From IMG/VR virus record IMGVR_UViG_3300037424_001060: a stretch of DNA of 64,000 bases. One strand, written 5' to 3'. Below, one piece after another: positions 1-7,991 of the stretch (its first letter is position 1; each line of letters begins with the position of its first letter). Below the pieces are notes generated by a model that was given only the letters and a program-made list of their open reading frames with translations, made no database searches and was not told where the DNA came from. Origin of the DNA: an uncultured virus (IMG/VR IMGVR_UViG_3300037424_001060) (lineage: Duplodnaviria; Heunggongvirae; Uroviricota; Caudoviricetes). A program made the translations under genes and the position numbers.

Positions 1-126
1 GTTATTTCTCCGTTGTGGTGGTAGTTGCGTGGTCGACGTCGACCCGCCACTAATAACATCGCTCGCGAACCGCTCGCGGTCAAGAGAAAAGCGCAAAGAA
101 AAGCGGAAATATTTTCCGCGACCCGC
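1..126. repeat. Direct repeat copy 1 (promoter/leader module type A), identical to 775-900
   Basis: gttatttctccgttgtgg...ggaaatattttccgcgacccgc matches 775-900 base for base; contains GGTCGACGTCGACC palindrome (31-44) and a minus-strand TTGACC-N17-GATGTT. Confidence 0.95.
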
Positions 127-328
127 TCAGCCGCTCAGCGGTCGACGTCCAGCCGCCGGCCGCGACCCGCCGGCCGCTCAGCCGCGACCCGCTCAGCCGC
201 TCAGCGGTCGACGTCCAGCCGCCGGCCGCTCAGCCGCGACCCGCCGGCCGCTCAGCCGCTCGCGGTCGACGTCCAGCCGCCGGCCGCTCGCGGTCGACGT
301 CCAGCCGCCGGCCGCGACCCGCCGGCCG
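119..328. repeat. GC-rich tandem microrepeat block (units ccgctcag, cggtcgacgtccagccgccggccg, cgacccg)
   Basis: Units visible directly; similar blocks at 893-936, 1952-2031, 2361-2424, 3398-3491, 4989-5090, 5750-5824, 6716-6783. Confidence 0.95.
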
Positions 329-329
329 A

Positions 330-770
330 TTACAACATACCCAAAGCATGCCCCCAGCGCATAACCCCTTTCAGCGCCCCAATCGGCAACTTGCGCTCAA
401 CCCGACTGACCAGCGTGTCCAGAATTTTCGTCATATCCCGAACTAACTCGTGCCGATCCCTACGACCGTCAATATCGCTCCATTCGATACGACCATACTT
501 GGCGTCAAATGCCGCGTGGACGTCAAAATCCGCACAAATCGGCATACACACATGCTTGCCATGACCGACACAATCGAAACAAACCATTCGCCAAACATAA
601 TTGGCACAACCCTGCTCAAAGGTAGAAACCTTACCATAGGGTTTATTGGCACGAAGCCTACCACCCGCAGGAACCCCACGACTGGTAAATGCGGCACGAA
701 CGACATCTTTCTCCCAATCGGTAAGACCGTCAACCATTGCTTCAACCGGCATAATCGGCATGCTTGACAT
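330..770 (-). CDS. Hypothetical cassette protein (146 aa)
   Basis: ORF with GGAG RBS (acggagaaataacgattATG) downstream of the repeated promoter. Confidence 0.8.
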   Translation of the reverse strand: MSSMPIMPVEAMVDGLTDWEKDVVRAAFTSRGVPAGGRLRANKPYGKVSTFEQGCANYVWRMVCFDCVGHGKHVCMPICADFDVHAAFDAKYGRIEWSDIDGRRDRHELVRDMTKILDTLVSRVERKLPIGALKGVMRWGHALGML

Positions 771-774
771 AATC

Positions 775-900
775 GTTATTTCTCCGTTGTGGTGGTAGTT
801 GCGTGGTCGACGTCGACCCGCCACTAATAACATCGCTCGCGAACCGCTCGCGGTCAAGAGAAAAGCGCAAAGAAAAGCGGAAATATTTTCCGCGACCCGC
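775..900. repeat. Direct repeat copy 2 (promoter/leader module type A)
   Basis: Identical to 1-126. Confidence 0.95.
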
Positions 901-938
901 CGGCCGCTCGCGGTCGACGTCCAGCCGCCGGCCGCGAA

Positions 939-1136
939 CTAAATCAGTTGCCCGTTACAGGTGACATAATGCCCATCACCCCTACAACCGTAGTCAACCC
1001 CTACAATCGTGTAAAACCAAAGTTTCGAATTCCATGTAGCAATTGCTGCAATCGCTTTATCCAGCGAAACAAACGCGACCGTTACAAACGACATATGTCC
1101 ATTTACGTGCTCACGCCGCAAAGTCAATTCAACCAT
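939..1136 (-). CDS. Hypothetical cassette protein (65 aa)
   Basis: ORF MVELTLRREH...; its TAG stop lies in the 'gcgaacta' remnant of the 27-bp motif. Confidence 0.65.
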   Translation of the reverse strand: MVELTLRREHVNGHMSFVTVAFVSLDKAIAAIATWNSKLWFYTIVGVDYGCRGDGHYVTCNGQLI

Positions 1137-1189
1137 AATAACTCGCCTGAACCAGAGAAGTCTCATTATCGTTTCAACCCGCCCGCACA

Positions 1190-1216
1190 AACTAACGCAA
1201 GCGCGGGGACGATTTG
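1190..1216. repeat. 27-bp cassette-boundary motif AACTAACG-caagcgc-GGGGACGATTTG, copy 1
   Basis: Exact or near-exact copies at 2032, 2425, 3492, 5091, 5825, 6784. Confidence 0.95.
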
Positions 1217-1223
1217 CCGTTAT

Positions 1224-1249
1224 CCCACCCCCCACAATTGGGGGTGGGG
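1224..1249. other. 9-bp GC hairpin (cccaccccc/gggggtggg) downstream of the 1275-1847 gene
   Basis: Inverted repeat; no U-tract, so terminator function is uncertain. Confidence 0.5.
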
Positions 1250-1274
1250 CCTACCCCACCACAGGGTATTCGGA

Positions 1275-1847
1275 TTATTCGGCAGAAACGTCAAGTCGCG
1301 CCAATTCCGCTTTAAGCGCGGAAAGCTTACGATTGAGATAATCACACAGGCCCTTAAGATAGGCCTTATTGCCAAAGATGGTACGAGCGGCCCATTCGAA
1401 CGAAACCTCACCCGCCTCAAAACCGGTGACACCGATCCAGGCGGCGTGATCGAACAATTCCTCATAATCGGAATCTTCGGAGAATTGCCGACCGCAGCCG
1501 ACACAATCGGTACATTCGTAATCAATGCCAAGAGCATTAAAGAACGGACCAACCTCACAACCGAAACCATCGTCATAGATGATATGACCGATACCATCGA
1601 CACGAATGGCTTCGTCGACAAGCGCGTGAAATTTCCGACAACTCATACCATCGTGACTTCCGCACTCTTCCAGATATTCGGCAACAGCGTCATGATCCCA
1701 CGAATTGAACTCTTCGGCACAGACCGGACGGACGGAAAAACCAGTGCAGCCCGCAAAACCATCGCCGTGGTCAAAGATCGAATCGACGAAATAATAGGTG
1801 TCACCGTTACGACCGACACATTTGCAACCGTTAACTCTAATCGACAT
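1275..1847 (-). CDS. Acidic hypothetical cassette protein (190 aa)
   Basis: ORF MSIRVNGCKCVG... after promoter and aagggg RBS; D/E- and Cys-rich. Confidence 0.85.
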   Translation of the reverse strand: MSIRVNGCKCVGRNGDTYYFVDSIFDHGDGFAGCTGFSVRPVCAEEFNSWDHDAVAEYLEECGSHDGMSCRKFHALVDEAIRVDGIGHIIYDDGFGCEVGPFFNALGIDYECTDCVGCGRQFSEDSDYEELFDHAAWIGVTGFEAGEVSFEWAARTIFGNKAYLKGLCDYLNRKLSALKAELARLDVSAE

Positions 1848-1876
1848 AATCGTTATCCCCTTGTTGTGGTGGTGGT

Positions 1877-1951
1877 GGTCGACGTCGACCGAACAATACA
1901 AACATAGCATCACAAGCGAGATTGTCAAGCGCCGGCTGGAAATTATTTTCC
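1877..1951 (-). promoter_or_regulatory. Repeated promoter type B: TTGACA(1928-1923)-N16-TATGTT(1906-1901) with TG extension, 5' hairpin GGTCGACGTCGACC and upstream AT-rich element
   Basis: Near-identical in six copies, each directly upstream of a minus-strand gene. Confidence 0.85.
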
Positions 1952-2031
1952 GCCGGCCGCGACCCGCTCGGCCGCTCAGCGGTCGACATCCAGCCGCCGG
2001 CCGCGACCCGCTCGGCCGCGCCCGCTCGCAT

Positions 2032-2058
2032 AACTAACGCAAGCGCGGGGACGATTTG
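2032..2058. repeat. 27-bp boundary motif, copy 2
   Basis: aactaacgcaagcgcggggacgatttg. Confidence 0.95.
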
Positions 2059-2261
2059 TCAATTCGTGGTAACCCACCGAATTGACAAGCGGAACGGATT
2101 TCCTTTTCCGTTGTGCTCGCGATCGCGCGCCATCGGGCTAATGATTCGCGCACTTGCGATAGGGTGCGCCCCATATGATGGTGATATAGCCGGTCTTGCT
2201 CCCGCATATCATCGGGGGCAAGTATCCTTGCCAGTGTCCGCGCCGTTTCCGATTTGCTCAT
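2034..2261 (-). CDS. Hypothetical cassette protein ending in motif-encoded KSSPRLR
   Basis: ORF fills the space between promoter and motif; stop codon lies inside the motif. Confidence 0.6.
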   Translation of the reverse strand: MSKSETARTLARILAPDDMREQDRLYHHHMGRTLSQVRESLARWRAIASTTEKEIRSACQFGGLPRIDKSSPRLR

Positions 2262-2285
2262 AATGCACCCGTTTTCTATTGTGGT

Positions 2286-2363
2286 GGTCGACGTCGACCG
2301 AACAATACAAACATAGTATCACAAGCGCGATTGTCAAGTGCTCGCGGAAAATATTTTCCGCGA
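2286..2363 (-). promoter_or_regulatory. Repeated promoter type B with perfect 22-bp palindrome tcgcggaaaatattttccgcga (2342-2363) upstream of the -35
   Basis: TTGACA at 2337-2332; hairpin 2286-2299. Confidence 0.85.
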
Positions 2364-2424
2364 CCCGCCGGCCGCTCAGCGGTCGACGTCCAGCCGCCGG
2401 CCGCGACCCGCTCGGCCGCTCGCG

Positions 2425-2451
2425 AACTAACGCGAGCGCGGGGACGATTTT
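2425..2451. repeat. 27-bp boundary motif, copy 3
   Basis: aactaacgcgagcgcggggacgatttt. Confidence 0.95.
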
Positions 2452-2699
2452 GCTTCGAGCAGAAAATCCAGCATAACCGGTGCGAACGCTTCCGGCAGTC
2501 TTTTCGGATCAAATGAGACAGGCAGTTTACTCGCCACATACTGTGCAACCGATTCAAATGAATCATCCCGCACTGCCATCAGAGCCGACACGACCCCGAC
2601 AATCATACCTCTTGCATAATCGTCAGAAGCGCCAGAAGCCGAGCAGACGTTGTAAAGCGCATTAGCGATACACGTCGGGTTATTCACTACAACTCGCAT
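2427..2699 (-). CDS. Hypothetical cassette protein ending in motif-encoded KSSPRSR
   Basis: ORF MRVVVNNP...; stop lies in the motif. Confidence 0.75.
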   Translation of the reverse strand: MRVVVNNPTCIANALYNVCSASGASDDYARGMIVGVVSALMAVRDDSFESVAQYVASKLPVSFDPKRLPEAFAPVMLDFLLEAKSSPRSR

Positions 2700-2711
2700 A
2701 GTCACACCCTA

Positions 2712-2930
2712 TTACCGAAGTGATACAATCGTTCTAACCTGCCCATAGGTTAGAACCGGATCAATGCAGAAATTCCCTGAAACCGGCATAGGCTGCGCCA
2801 GTCGTTCCAAGTCGTCCAGACTGTCCACGCCGGCATAATAGCGCGCGGCGAGCCAAACCATACGATCGGTTTGCTTGACCCAGAAGGATTTTTCGGTACG
2901 AAGCGCACGAAATGTTTCAAACGCGCTCAT
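2712..2930 (-). CDS. Hypothetical protein (72 aa)
   Basis: MSAFETFRALRTEK... with GGAGG RBS. Confidence 0.7.
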   Translation of the reverse strand: MSAFETFRALRTEKSFWVKQTDRMVWLAARYYAGVDSLDDLERLAQPMPVSGNFCIDPVLTYGQVRTIVSLR

Positions 2931-2934
2931 CGTT

Positions 2935-3303
2935 CTAACCCTCCCAATCGTCAAGACCATAATCCGCGCACAATCGGCTAGATTGTTCGTCGACCCACGC
3001 CTCAAATTCGCACAAAGCCGGATAATCGGCGTCATGCCCTTGACCGTCCCCGTCGTCATCCCCCGCACGATAGTTACAACCCATCTCGGCCGCACGACGA
3101 GCAGAAGCCACATCACAGCTAAGCTCGCGCCAGATATGATAATACCACTGTTCGTCAGTGTCACACCCTCGCGGTCTGATTCCACCAAGTGTAAGGCCCC
3201 CGGTGGAAGATATTGCATAAAGCATACAATCCATCCCACCGTACCATTGGGCGCACAAGTGCTGGAACCGCACCGGAATAGCAATCGAGTCAATTTGTAT
3301 CAT
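2935..3303 (-). CDS. Acidic hypothetical cassette protein (122 aa)
   Basis: First gene after promoter; gagg RBS. Confidence 0.8.
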   Translation of the reverse strand: MIQIDSIAIPVRFQHLCAQWYGGMDCMLYAISSTGGLTLGGIRPRGCDTDEQWYYHIWRELSCDVASARRAAEMGCNYRAGDDDGDGQGHDADYPALCEFEAWVDEQSSRLCADYGLDDWEG

Positions 3304-3320
3304 GGTAACCTCTATTGTGG

Positions 3321-3397
3321 CGGTCGACGTTAACCGAACAATACAAATATAGCATCACAAGCGCGCTTGTCAAGTGCCGGCTGGAAATTATTTTCCG
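3321..3397 (-). promoter_or_regulatory. Repeated promoter type B
   Basis: TTGACA at 3373-3368; hairpin variant cggtcgacgttaaccg. Confidence 0.85.
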
Positions 3398-3491
3398 CGA
3401 CCCGCTCAGCCGCTCGCGGTCGACGTCCAGCCGCCGGCCGCTCGGCCGCTCGGCCGCTCAGCGGTCGACGTCCAGCCGCGACCCGCTCGCG

Positions 3492-3518
3492 AACTAACGC
3501 GAGCGCGGGGACGATTTG
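3492..3518. repeat. 27-bp boundary motif, copy 4
   Basis: aactaacgcgagcgcggggacgatttg. Confidence 0.95.
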
Positions 3519-4297
3519 CTATCGGCATTCTGGCAATATTCGACAATCGCCGCACAAACCAACTCTTTCATACGATCGACACTGACGACATAATGCCATC
3601 GACCCCATCCGGTGGAATAGCCGTAGAAATTGCCAAAGCTGATATAGCCGTCGCGAACCCTACGACCCAACTCCCGGTCGTAATGATCGTCACACTTGAT
3701 ATACAAGTCACCGTTGTAACGATCCAGGCAACCTTCCAATTCGCCAGATTCGGCAAGAGCCTTAAATTCGACACGACTGGAAACTTCGATCTGGTCCTCA
3801 TATTCGCCAACTTCGAACGAATCCAGACAACAGCCATCGCCGTACCAACGGGAATATTCGTCACTTTGGTAGTGAGGCTCATAATCACTCCAGTCGATAT
3901 TCTCGACAATATGGGCAATGATCGCCTCACGCACATTGCCGTTACAAATCGGACGACGCGACCAACCTTCACCGTCGGTATAATTGTCGTCAAGCCACTC
4001 GCCGACACGATCACCCCAACCGTGCGAGCACTCGGAAACCAGATAAGCATACCCAGCGCCATAATCGTCACTGGCGACATACTCGCCAATCCACACATCT
4101 TCGGCGTCAAGCAATTCCTTGACAATTTCGTCATTCGCGTCACGAACCGCATCTTCGTCACGATGGTACTTGCCCCTACAATCGACAAGCACCTCTTCCC
4201 GCCGACATTCCGTACCATCGGAGCATTCGACAACATCGTCACGATGTGCCACAACCGGCACAAGCTCCCCATCCAGCGTAATCTGTTTCTCGGACAT
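3494..4297 (-). CDS. Highly acidic hypothetical protein (267 aa) ending in motif-encoded KSSPRSR; possible DNA mimic
   Basis: Long D/E-rich ORF, gagggg RBS; stop lies in the motif. Confidence 0.85.
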   Translation of the reverse strand: MSEKQITLDGELVPVVAHRDDVVECSDGTECRREEVLVDCRGKYHRDEDAVRDANDEIVKELLDAEDVWIGEYVASDDYGAGYAYLVSECSHGWGDRVGEWLDDNYTDGEGWSRRPICNGNVREAIIAHIVENIDWSDYEPHYQSDEYSRWYGDGCCLDSFEVGEYEDQIEVSSRVEFKALAESGELEGCLDRYNGDLYIKCDDHYDRELGRRVRDGYISFGNFYGYSTGWGRWHYVVSVDRMKELVCAAIVEYCQNADSKSSPRSR

Positions 4298-4321
4298 AAT
4301 TGGAACCCCTCTCTGTGGTGG

Positions 4322-4528
4322 TTAACTCGGTATGTGATACGACCGGCAAAACTCTAATACTCGGCCGCACTCGGTAGGAATGCACCAACCGGAATAACTG
4401 TCACGGACGGCAAAAACCTCATACGTCCCCTCTTCGGTGCGAAGTATAACTTCGCCATCTTCGTTCTGACTGACAATACCGGTGTAACCGTTAGAACGCA
4501 AGATATAGTCAGATACCGTTATTGTCAT
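4322..4528 (-). CDS. Hypothetical protein (68 aa)
   Basis: MTITVSDYILRS...; packed in the operon. Confidence 0.65.
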   Translation of the reverse strand: MTITVSDYILRSNGYTGIVSQNEDGEVILRTEEGTYEVFAVRDSYSGWCIPTECGRVLEFCRSYHIPS

Positions 4529-4697
4529 AAGGCACACAATTGTTCCAGTCGTCAAAAGTATAACCGATGGACTTGGCCAGCGCATTCAGCGCGACCATCA
4601 CAACTTGGTCATCAGTACAACCGACACAATGCAGCGCACGCATATCCCTGATACGACTGATTGTATCGGGGGTAACGAAAATTCTCTCAGTTCTCAT
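4509..4697 (-). CDS. Hypothetical protein (62 aa)
   Basis: MRTERIF... with gaggg RBS. Confidence 0.6.
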   Translation of the reverse strand: MRTERIFVTPDTISRIRDMRALHCVGCTDDQVVMVALNALAKSIGYTFDDWNNCVPYDNNGI

Positions 4698-4704
4698 ACA
4701 ACCC

Positions 4705-4881
4705 TCACAGACCGCAAGCGCTGCGGAACCGGTCACGATCGAAACGATCGTTGATACTGGCCGCGACCCGCATGAATGCTTCAATCGTCAGAACCACTGC
4801 GGCCCGCGCTTCCGCGTCCTGCATGGAATCCAGTAAAATACGAAATTCTGCTGCCATCGCTACAAAGTGTTTTTTCGTCAT
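4705..4881 (-). CDS. Small phage protein (MTKKHFVAMA...RFDRDRFRSACGL)
   Basis: First gene after promoter; pattern resembles small phage proteins of the MTRKHF...FD..RF..AC type (from recall). Confidence 0.75.
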   Translation of the reverse strand: MTKKHFVAMAAEFRILLDSMQDAEARAAVVLTIEAFMRVAASINDRFDRDRFRSACGL

Positions 4882-4911
4882 CACCGCGTCCCTCACAAGA
4901 TATTGTTCGTC

Positions 4912-4988
4912 CGGGTGACCATCACCCGAACAATACAAACATAGCATCACAAGCGCGATTGTCAAGTGCTCGCGGAAAATATTTTCCG
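4912..4988 (-). promoter_or_regulatory. Repeated promoter type B with alternative 5' hairpin cgggtga-cca-tcacccg
   Basis: TTGACA at 4965-4960. Confidence 0.85.
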
Positions 4989-5090
4989 CTCAGCCGCGAC
5001 CCGCTCAGCCGCTCAGCGGTCGACGTCCAGCCGCCGGCCGCGACCCGCTCGGCCGCTCAGCGGTCGACGTCCAGCCGCCGGCCGCTCGCG

Positions 5091-5117
5091 AACTAACGCG
5101 AGCGCGGGGACGATTTG
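5091..5117. repeat. 27-bp boundary motif, copy 5
   Basis: aactaacgcgagcgcggggacgatttg. Confidence 0.95.
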
Positions 5118-5126
5118 ACCGTTGGG

Positions 5127-5624
5127 CTAATCGTTATCTTCGACAACTTCGAGCAGGAACACAACAAATGGAGAATCGCTACAGTAGTCGTCGTCGGCAC
5201 AATCCGATTCTTCCACGTAGAACGACTCTTGCTCATCATCGTCAAGATCATCACGAAACATGCAGTTGTCATCATGCACATCGCCGAGCGGAGCATCACA
5301 TTCCCTACAGACCATAGGGTTACAATTGGCAAATTCCACAGCACAATCCGCGAGCGCTCCACAGTGATAATCGGCAAGACCCGCAGAAGTCAGAGAATCG
5401 AGCAGCGCGGCGCGGACGTCCTTATCGGTAATATCGGAGGGGAAGGAATCACAATCACCGCCGGAATTAAAGTCACTGACGGCGTCGTCGATAATATCCC
5501 GCAATGTTGTGCCCCTGTCATAACTGGCAAAGATGCACCCCGCGTCATCATCCCAACGACGACCGTTACCACCCCAATAATCGGGCATACCAGAGTATTC
5601 GAAGCTGGCTACTAATTTCGTCAT
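5127..5624 (-). CDS. Extremely acidic hypothetical cassette protein (165 aa)
   Basis: DDLDDDEQES tracts; single gene between promoter and motif. Confidence 0.85.
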   Translation of the reverse strand: MTKLVASFEYSGMPDYWGGNGRRWDDDAGCIFASYDRGTTLRDIIDDAVSDFNSGGDCDSFPSDITDKDVRAALLDSLTSAGLADYHCGALADCAVEFANCNPMVCRECDAPLGDVHDDNCMFRDDLDDDEQESFYVEESDCADDDYCSDSPFVVFLLEVVEDND

Positions 5625-5671
5625 GATTGCTACCTAATCCGATGTAAATAAGATCGGCCCGTTTCGTTAGT

Positions 5672-5749
5672 CGGGTGACCATCACCCGAACAATACAAAC
5701 ATAGCATCACAAGCGCGCTTGTCAAGCGCCGGCTGGAAATTATTTTCCG
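5672..5749 (-). promoter_or_regulatory. Repeated promoter type B
   Basis: TTGACA at 5725-5720; hairpin 5672-5688. Confidence 0.85.
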
Positions 5750-5824
5750 CCGGCCGCGACCCGCCGGCCACTCAGCCGCTCGACGTCCAGCCGCCGGCCG
5801 CGCCCGCTCAGCCGCGCCCGCACA

Positions 5825-5851
5825 AACTAACGCAAGCGCGGGGACGATTTG
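5825..5851. repeat. 27-bp boundary motif, copy 6
   Basis: aactaacgcaagcgcggggacgatttg. Confidence 0.95.
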
Positions 5852-5852
5852 C

Positions 5853-6146
5853 TTATCCCCTTAGCGCCGCTAGTTCACGCTCTAGCGCCTCTCGGCTGGC
5901 ATTGTTGGCCAGTGTATAGTATCGCTCGCGCGCCGCTTGGGCGCATTCACGCGAGCTACCACAGCAGACGGTACAATTGACACCAGAGCCATTACGAGTA
6001 CCATCGGGAAAGACGGAAAATTCGTCAACAGCCTGATAGCCATTCCGACCGCCACATTCGAAGCGGACGGAAAATCCGAACTCGGCCAAACTATCGTTTA
6101 GTTCGGCTATTGTCGAGCGCAAATTGGCCGGAGTGTAACGCGACAT
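5853..6146 (-). CDS. Hypothetical protein (97 aa; GGRNGYQAVD motif)
   Basis: MSRYTPANL..., gagg RBS; stop abuts the motif. Confidence 0.75.
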   Translation of the reverse strand: MSRYTPANLRSTIAELNDSLAEFGFSVRFECGGRNGYQAVDEFSVFPDGTRNGSGVNCTVCCGSSRECAQAARERYYTLANNASREALERELAALRG

Positions 6147-6156
6147 GATAAACCTC

Positions 6157-6606
6157 TTAATTGGTGCCATCACAGCAATCGTCACATTCGTCACATTCGT
6201 CGAGAAGGGCCCACTCGCCACATTGTGTGCATTCGCCCCAATTTTCGTATTCGATGTAATCGTAAAAAGGCATCCATTCGACAACGGCGACAGACTCGAT
6301 GTTACCATCGCGCAAATCCTCATTGACGGTAGCTCTTACATAGTCGGCACCGTCGGTCGTCAAGTCATTTTCGAGAAACACGTGACAACCGTCACAGTGC
6401 TCAGGACAGTCGGATTCATCAGAGCCATAACAACTCTTAGGATACTCGTCACTGTCATAATTGCGCTCGTCGTCAAGACCGTTGGCCATCTCCCATTCGA
6501 TACGGGTGCCATACTTCGCACCGTCGGCGGATTCCTTCCAAGCAGAATCCATGATTTCTTCGGCACAATCGTCACACCACACCGCAGCCTGATAAATGTA
6601 TGCCAC
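6157..6606 (-). CDS. Acidic Cys-rich hypothetical protein with several CxxC pairs
   Basis: YIYQAAVWCDDC...HCDGC...LENDLTTDG; probable GTG start. Confidence 0.8.
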   Translation of the reverse strand: MAYIYQAAVWCDDCAEEIMDSAWKESADGAKYGTRIEWEMANGLDDERNYDSDEYPKSCYGSDESDCPEHCDGCHVFLENDLTTDGADYVRATVNEDLRDGNIESVAVVEWMPFYDYIEYENWGECTQCGEWALLDECDECDDCCDGTN

Positions 6607-6637
6607 CAGCAAACCCCTTACAATTAGAACCCGGTCG

Positions 6638-6715
6638 TGGGTGACCATCACCCGAACAATACAAACATAGCATCACAAGCGCGATTGTCAAGTGCTCGCG
6701 GAAAATATTTTTCCG
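6638..6715 (-). promoter_or_regulatory. Repeated promoter type B
   Basis: TTGACA at 6691-6686. Confidence 0.85.
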
Positions 6716-6783
6716 CTCGGCCGCGACCCGCTCAGCCGCTCGACGTCCAGCCGCCGGCCGCGCCCGCCGGCCGCGCCCGCACA

Positions 6784-6810
6784 AACTAACGCAAGCGCGG
6801 GGACGATTTG
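6784..6810. repeat. 27-bp boundary motif, copy 7
   Basis: aactaacgcaagcgcggggacgatttg. Confidence 0.95.
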
Positions 6811-6815
6811 CCTAG

Positions 6816-7097
6816 TTAAGAGCTGAGCTTAGAATCGGACTTCGCAGCAAGACTGGCAAATTTGCACTCATCGTTCCCATTGGCCCACGCCAGAACTCTC
6901 GCTACGGTCGTTGCTTGCGCCTCTTCCTGGATGATCGCCCGACGTCTTACAATCATCTCATCCAGAACTTTCAACTCATCTTCCGTGGCACCAGACACTA
7001 CCGATACCATGATGTCCCCGACCGAGAATTGCAGCCCGATTTCCTGCTGCGCTTTAATTGACAAATCCGAATAATCGGTTCGACACGACATAATCAT
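6816..7097 (-). CDS. Hypothetical protein
   Basis: ORF overlapping the stop of the upstream gene. Confidence 0.7.
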   Translation of the reverse strand: MIMSCRTDYSDLSIKAQQEIGLQFSVGDIMVSVVSGATEDELKVLDEMIVRRRAIIQEEAQATTVARVLAWANGNDECKFASLAAKSDSKLSS

Positions 7098-7429
7098 TGT
7101 CCTCGTTTCTTATCGTCCAATCGTTTCAATCGTCTCGCCTCTGTTACCCACGCCAGTTCTTTGGGTTGTACCGAATTCTCCGACCAGTCCGGCCGCACCA
7201 TCCCTCGCGGTTGTATTGATTCGGTCTTGTTCTTCGGGCGGATCTTGATATTGGGGTTGTAGGGCTTGTGGCCGGCTATCAGTATAGCTACTACAATCGT
7301 AACGGCCGGGACAGCCGACCACATGAACACAACCCTTACAGTCTCCCTCTTCCGCCCTTCCTGCCAACCTAGAAATATCGTGAATACCAGAATAGAGAAG
7401 CCCATCGCTAAGACCTCTACCACTGGCAC
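7094..7429 (-). CDS. Small membrane protein (two hydrophobic segments)
   Basis: GTG start after ggagggg RBS; hydrophobic stretches. Confidence 0.7.
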   Translation of the reverse strand: MPVVEVLAMGFSILVFTIFLGWQEGRKRETVRVVFMWSAVPAVTIVVAILIAGHKPYNPNIKIRPKNKTESIQPRGMVRPDWSENSVQPKELAWVTEARRLKRLDDKKRGQ

Positions 7430-7440
7430 TCCCCTCCCTG

Positions 7441-7884
7441 TTAGTTTGTTCGGTAAATGTAGAAATCTTCACCGAAAGCGCTTACCTCTTCCTCGCTGCC
7501 ATCGTAGGAAGAAAGCGCATGACCGGCACCATCCATGCGAGCATCATTCTTCCATTTCTCGCGGTCAAAATAGGGAGAATCGGCACCGGGCACACAACCG
7601 CCATCGTCAAGGTAAGAATCCAGACAAGCATCCCAACGCTCTTCCTTCTCACTTTCGGTCAGAACCAGATATTCGGCACGACCGGCAACGAACGAACAGT
7701 CGTCATACGCGCACTGTTCGATGTTCAGCTCGCCGTCAAGGACGGAACAAAGCGCAAGAATCTTGGCGTCGTCAGAATCCTCAAGACCGTTGGCCCCCGA
7801 CAATTCGTCAATGATTTCCTTTACCGATGCTACCGGCAACCCGTTGTCAATCAGTGCTTCAAGCGCGCACAATACTTCGCTCAT
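7441..7884 (-). CDS. Acidic protein with an ArdA-C-terminal-like segment; candidate antirestriction DNA mimic
   Basis: YFDREKWKNDARMDG...SYDGSEEE...FYIYR resembles the ArdA 'YFDYE.F.RD' region (by eye). Confidence 0.55.
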   Translation of the reverse strand: MSEVLCALEALIDNGLPVASVKEIIDELSGANGLEDSDDAKILALCSVLDGELNIEQCAYDDCSFVAGRAEYLVLTESEKEERWDACLDSYLDDGGCVPGADSPYFDREKWKNDARMDGAGHALSSYDGSEEEVSAFGEDFYIYRTN

Positions 7885-7932
7885 CGTTAGCCTCACGTTG
7901 TTGGTTGTTGTTCACTCACTCACACAATACAA

Positions 7933-7990
7933 CTATTGCTCACGTTCCCGCCAGTGTCAACCCGTTTCTGGAAGATTACGGATTGTTCTG
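7933..7990 (-). promoter_or_regulatory. Repeated promoter type C: TTGACA-N17-AATAGT
   Basis: ctattgctcacgtt...tgtcaacccgtttctggaagatt; related copies near 8588-8648, 9431-9490, 10061-10120. Confidence 0.8.
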
Positions 7991-7991
7991 G

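Noticed and set aside
25..564. Plus-strand ORFs across the GC repeats (25-564, 29-364 and similar ones near 1922, 3367, 4776, 5719)
   Set aside because: Low-complexity translations of repeat DNA, antisense to the promoters, with no RBS.
948..4357. Long plus-strand ORFs 948-1907 and 3374-4357
   Set aside because: Antisense shadows of the acidic minus-strand genes, which have the promoters and RBSs.
1190..6810. Classical integron attC sites (AACTAAC / GTTAGTT resemble RYYYAAC / GTTRRRY)
   Set aside because: The match to the consensus is imperfect, there is no paired R''/R' box arrangement, every unit has its own promoter, and no IntI was seen in the window. Kept only as an analogy.
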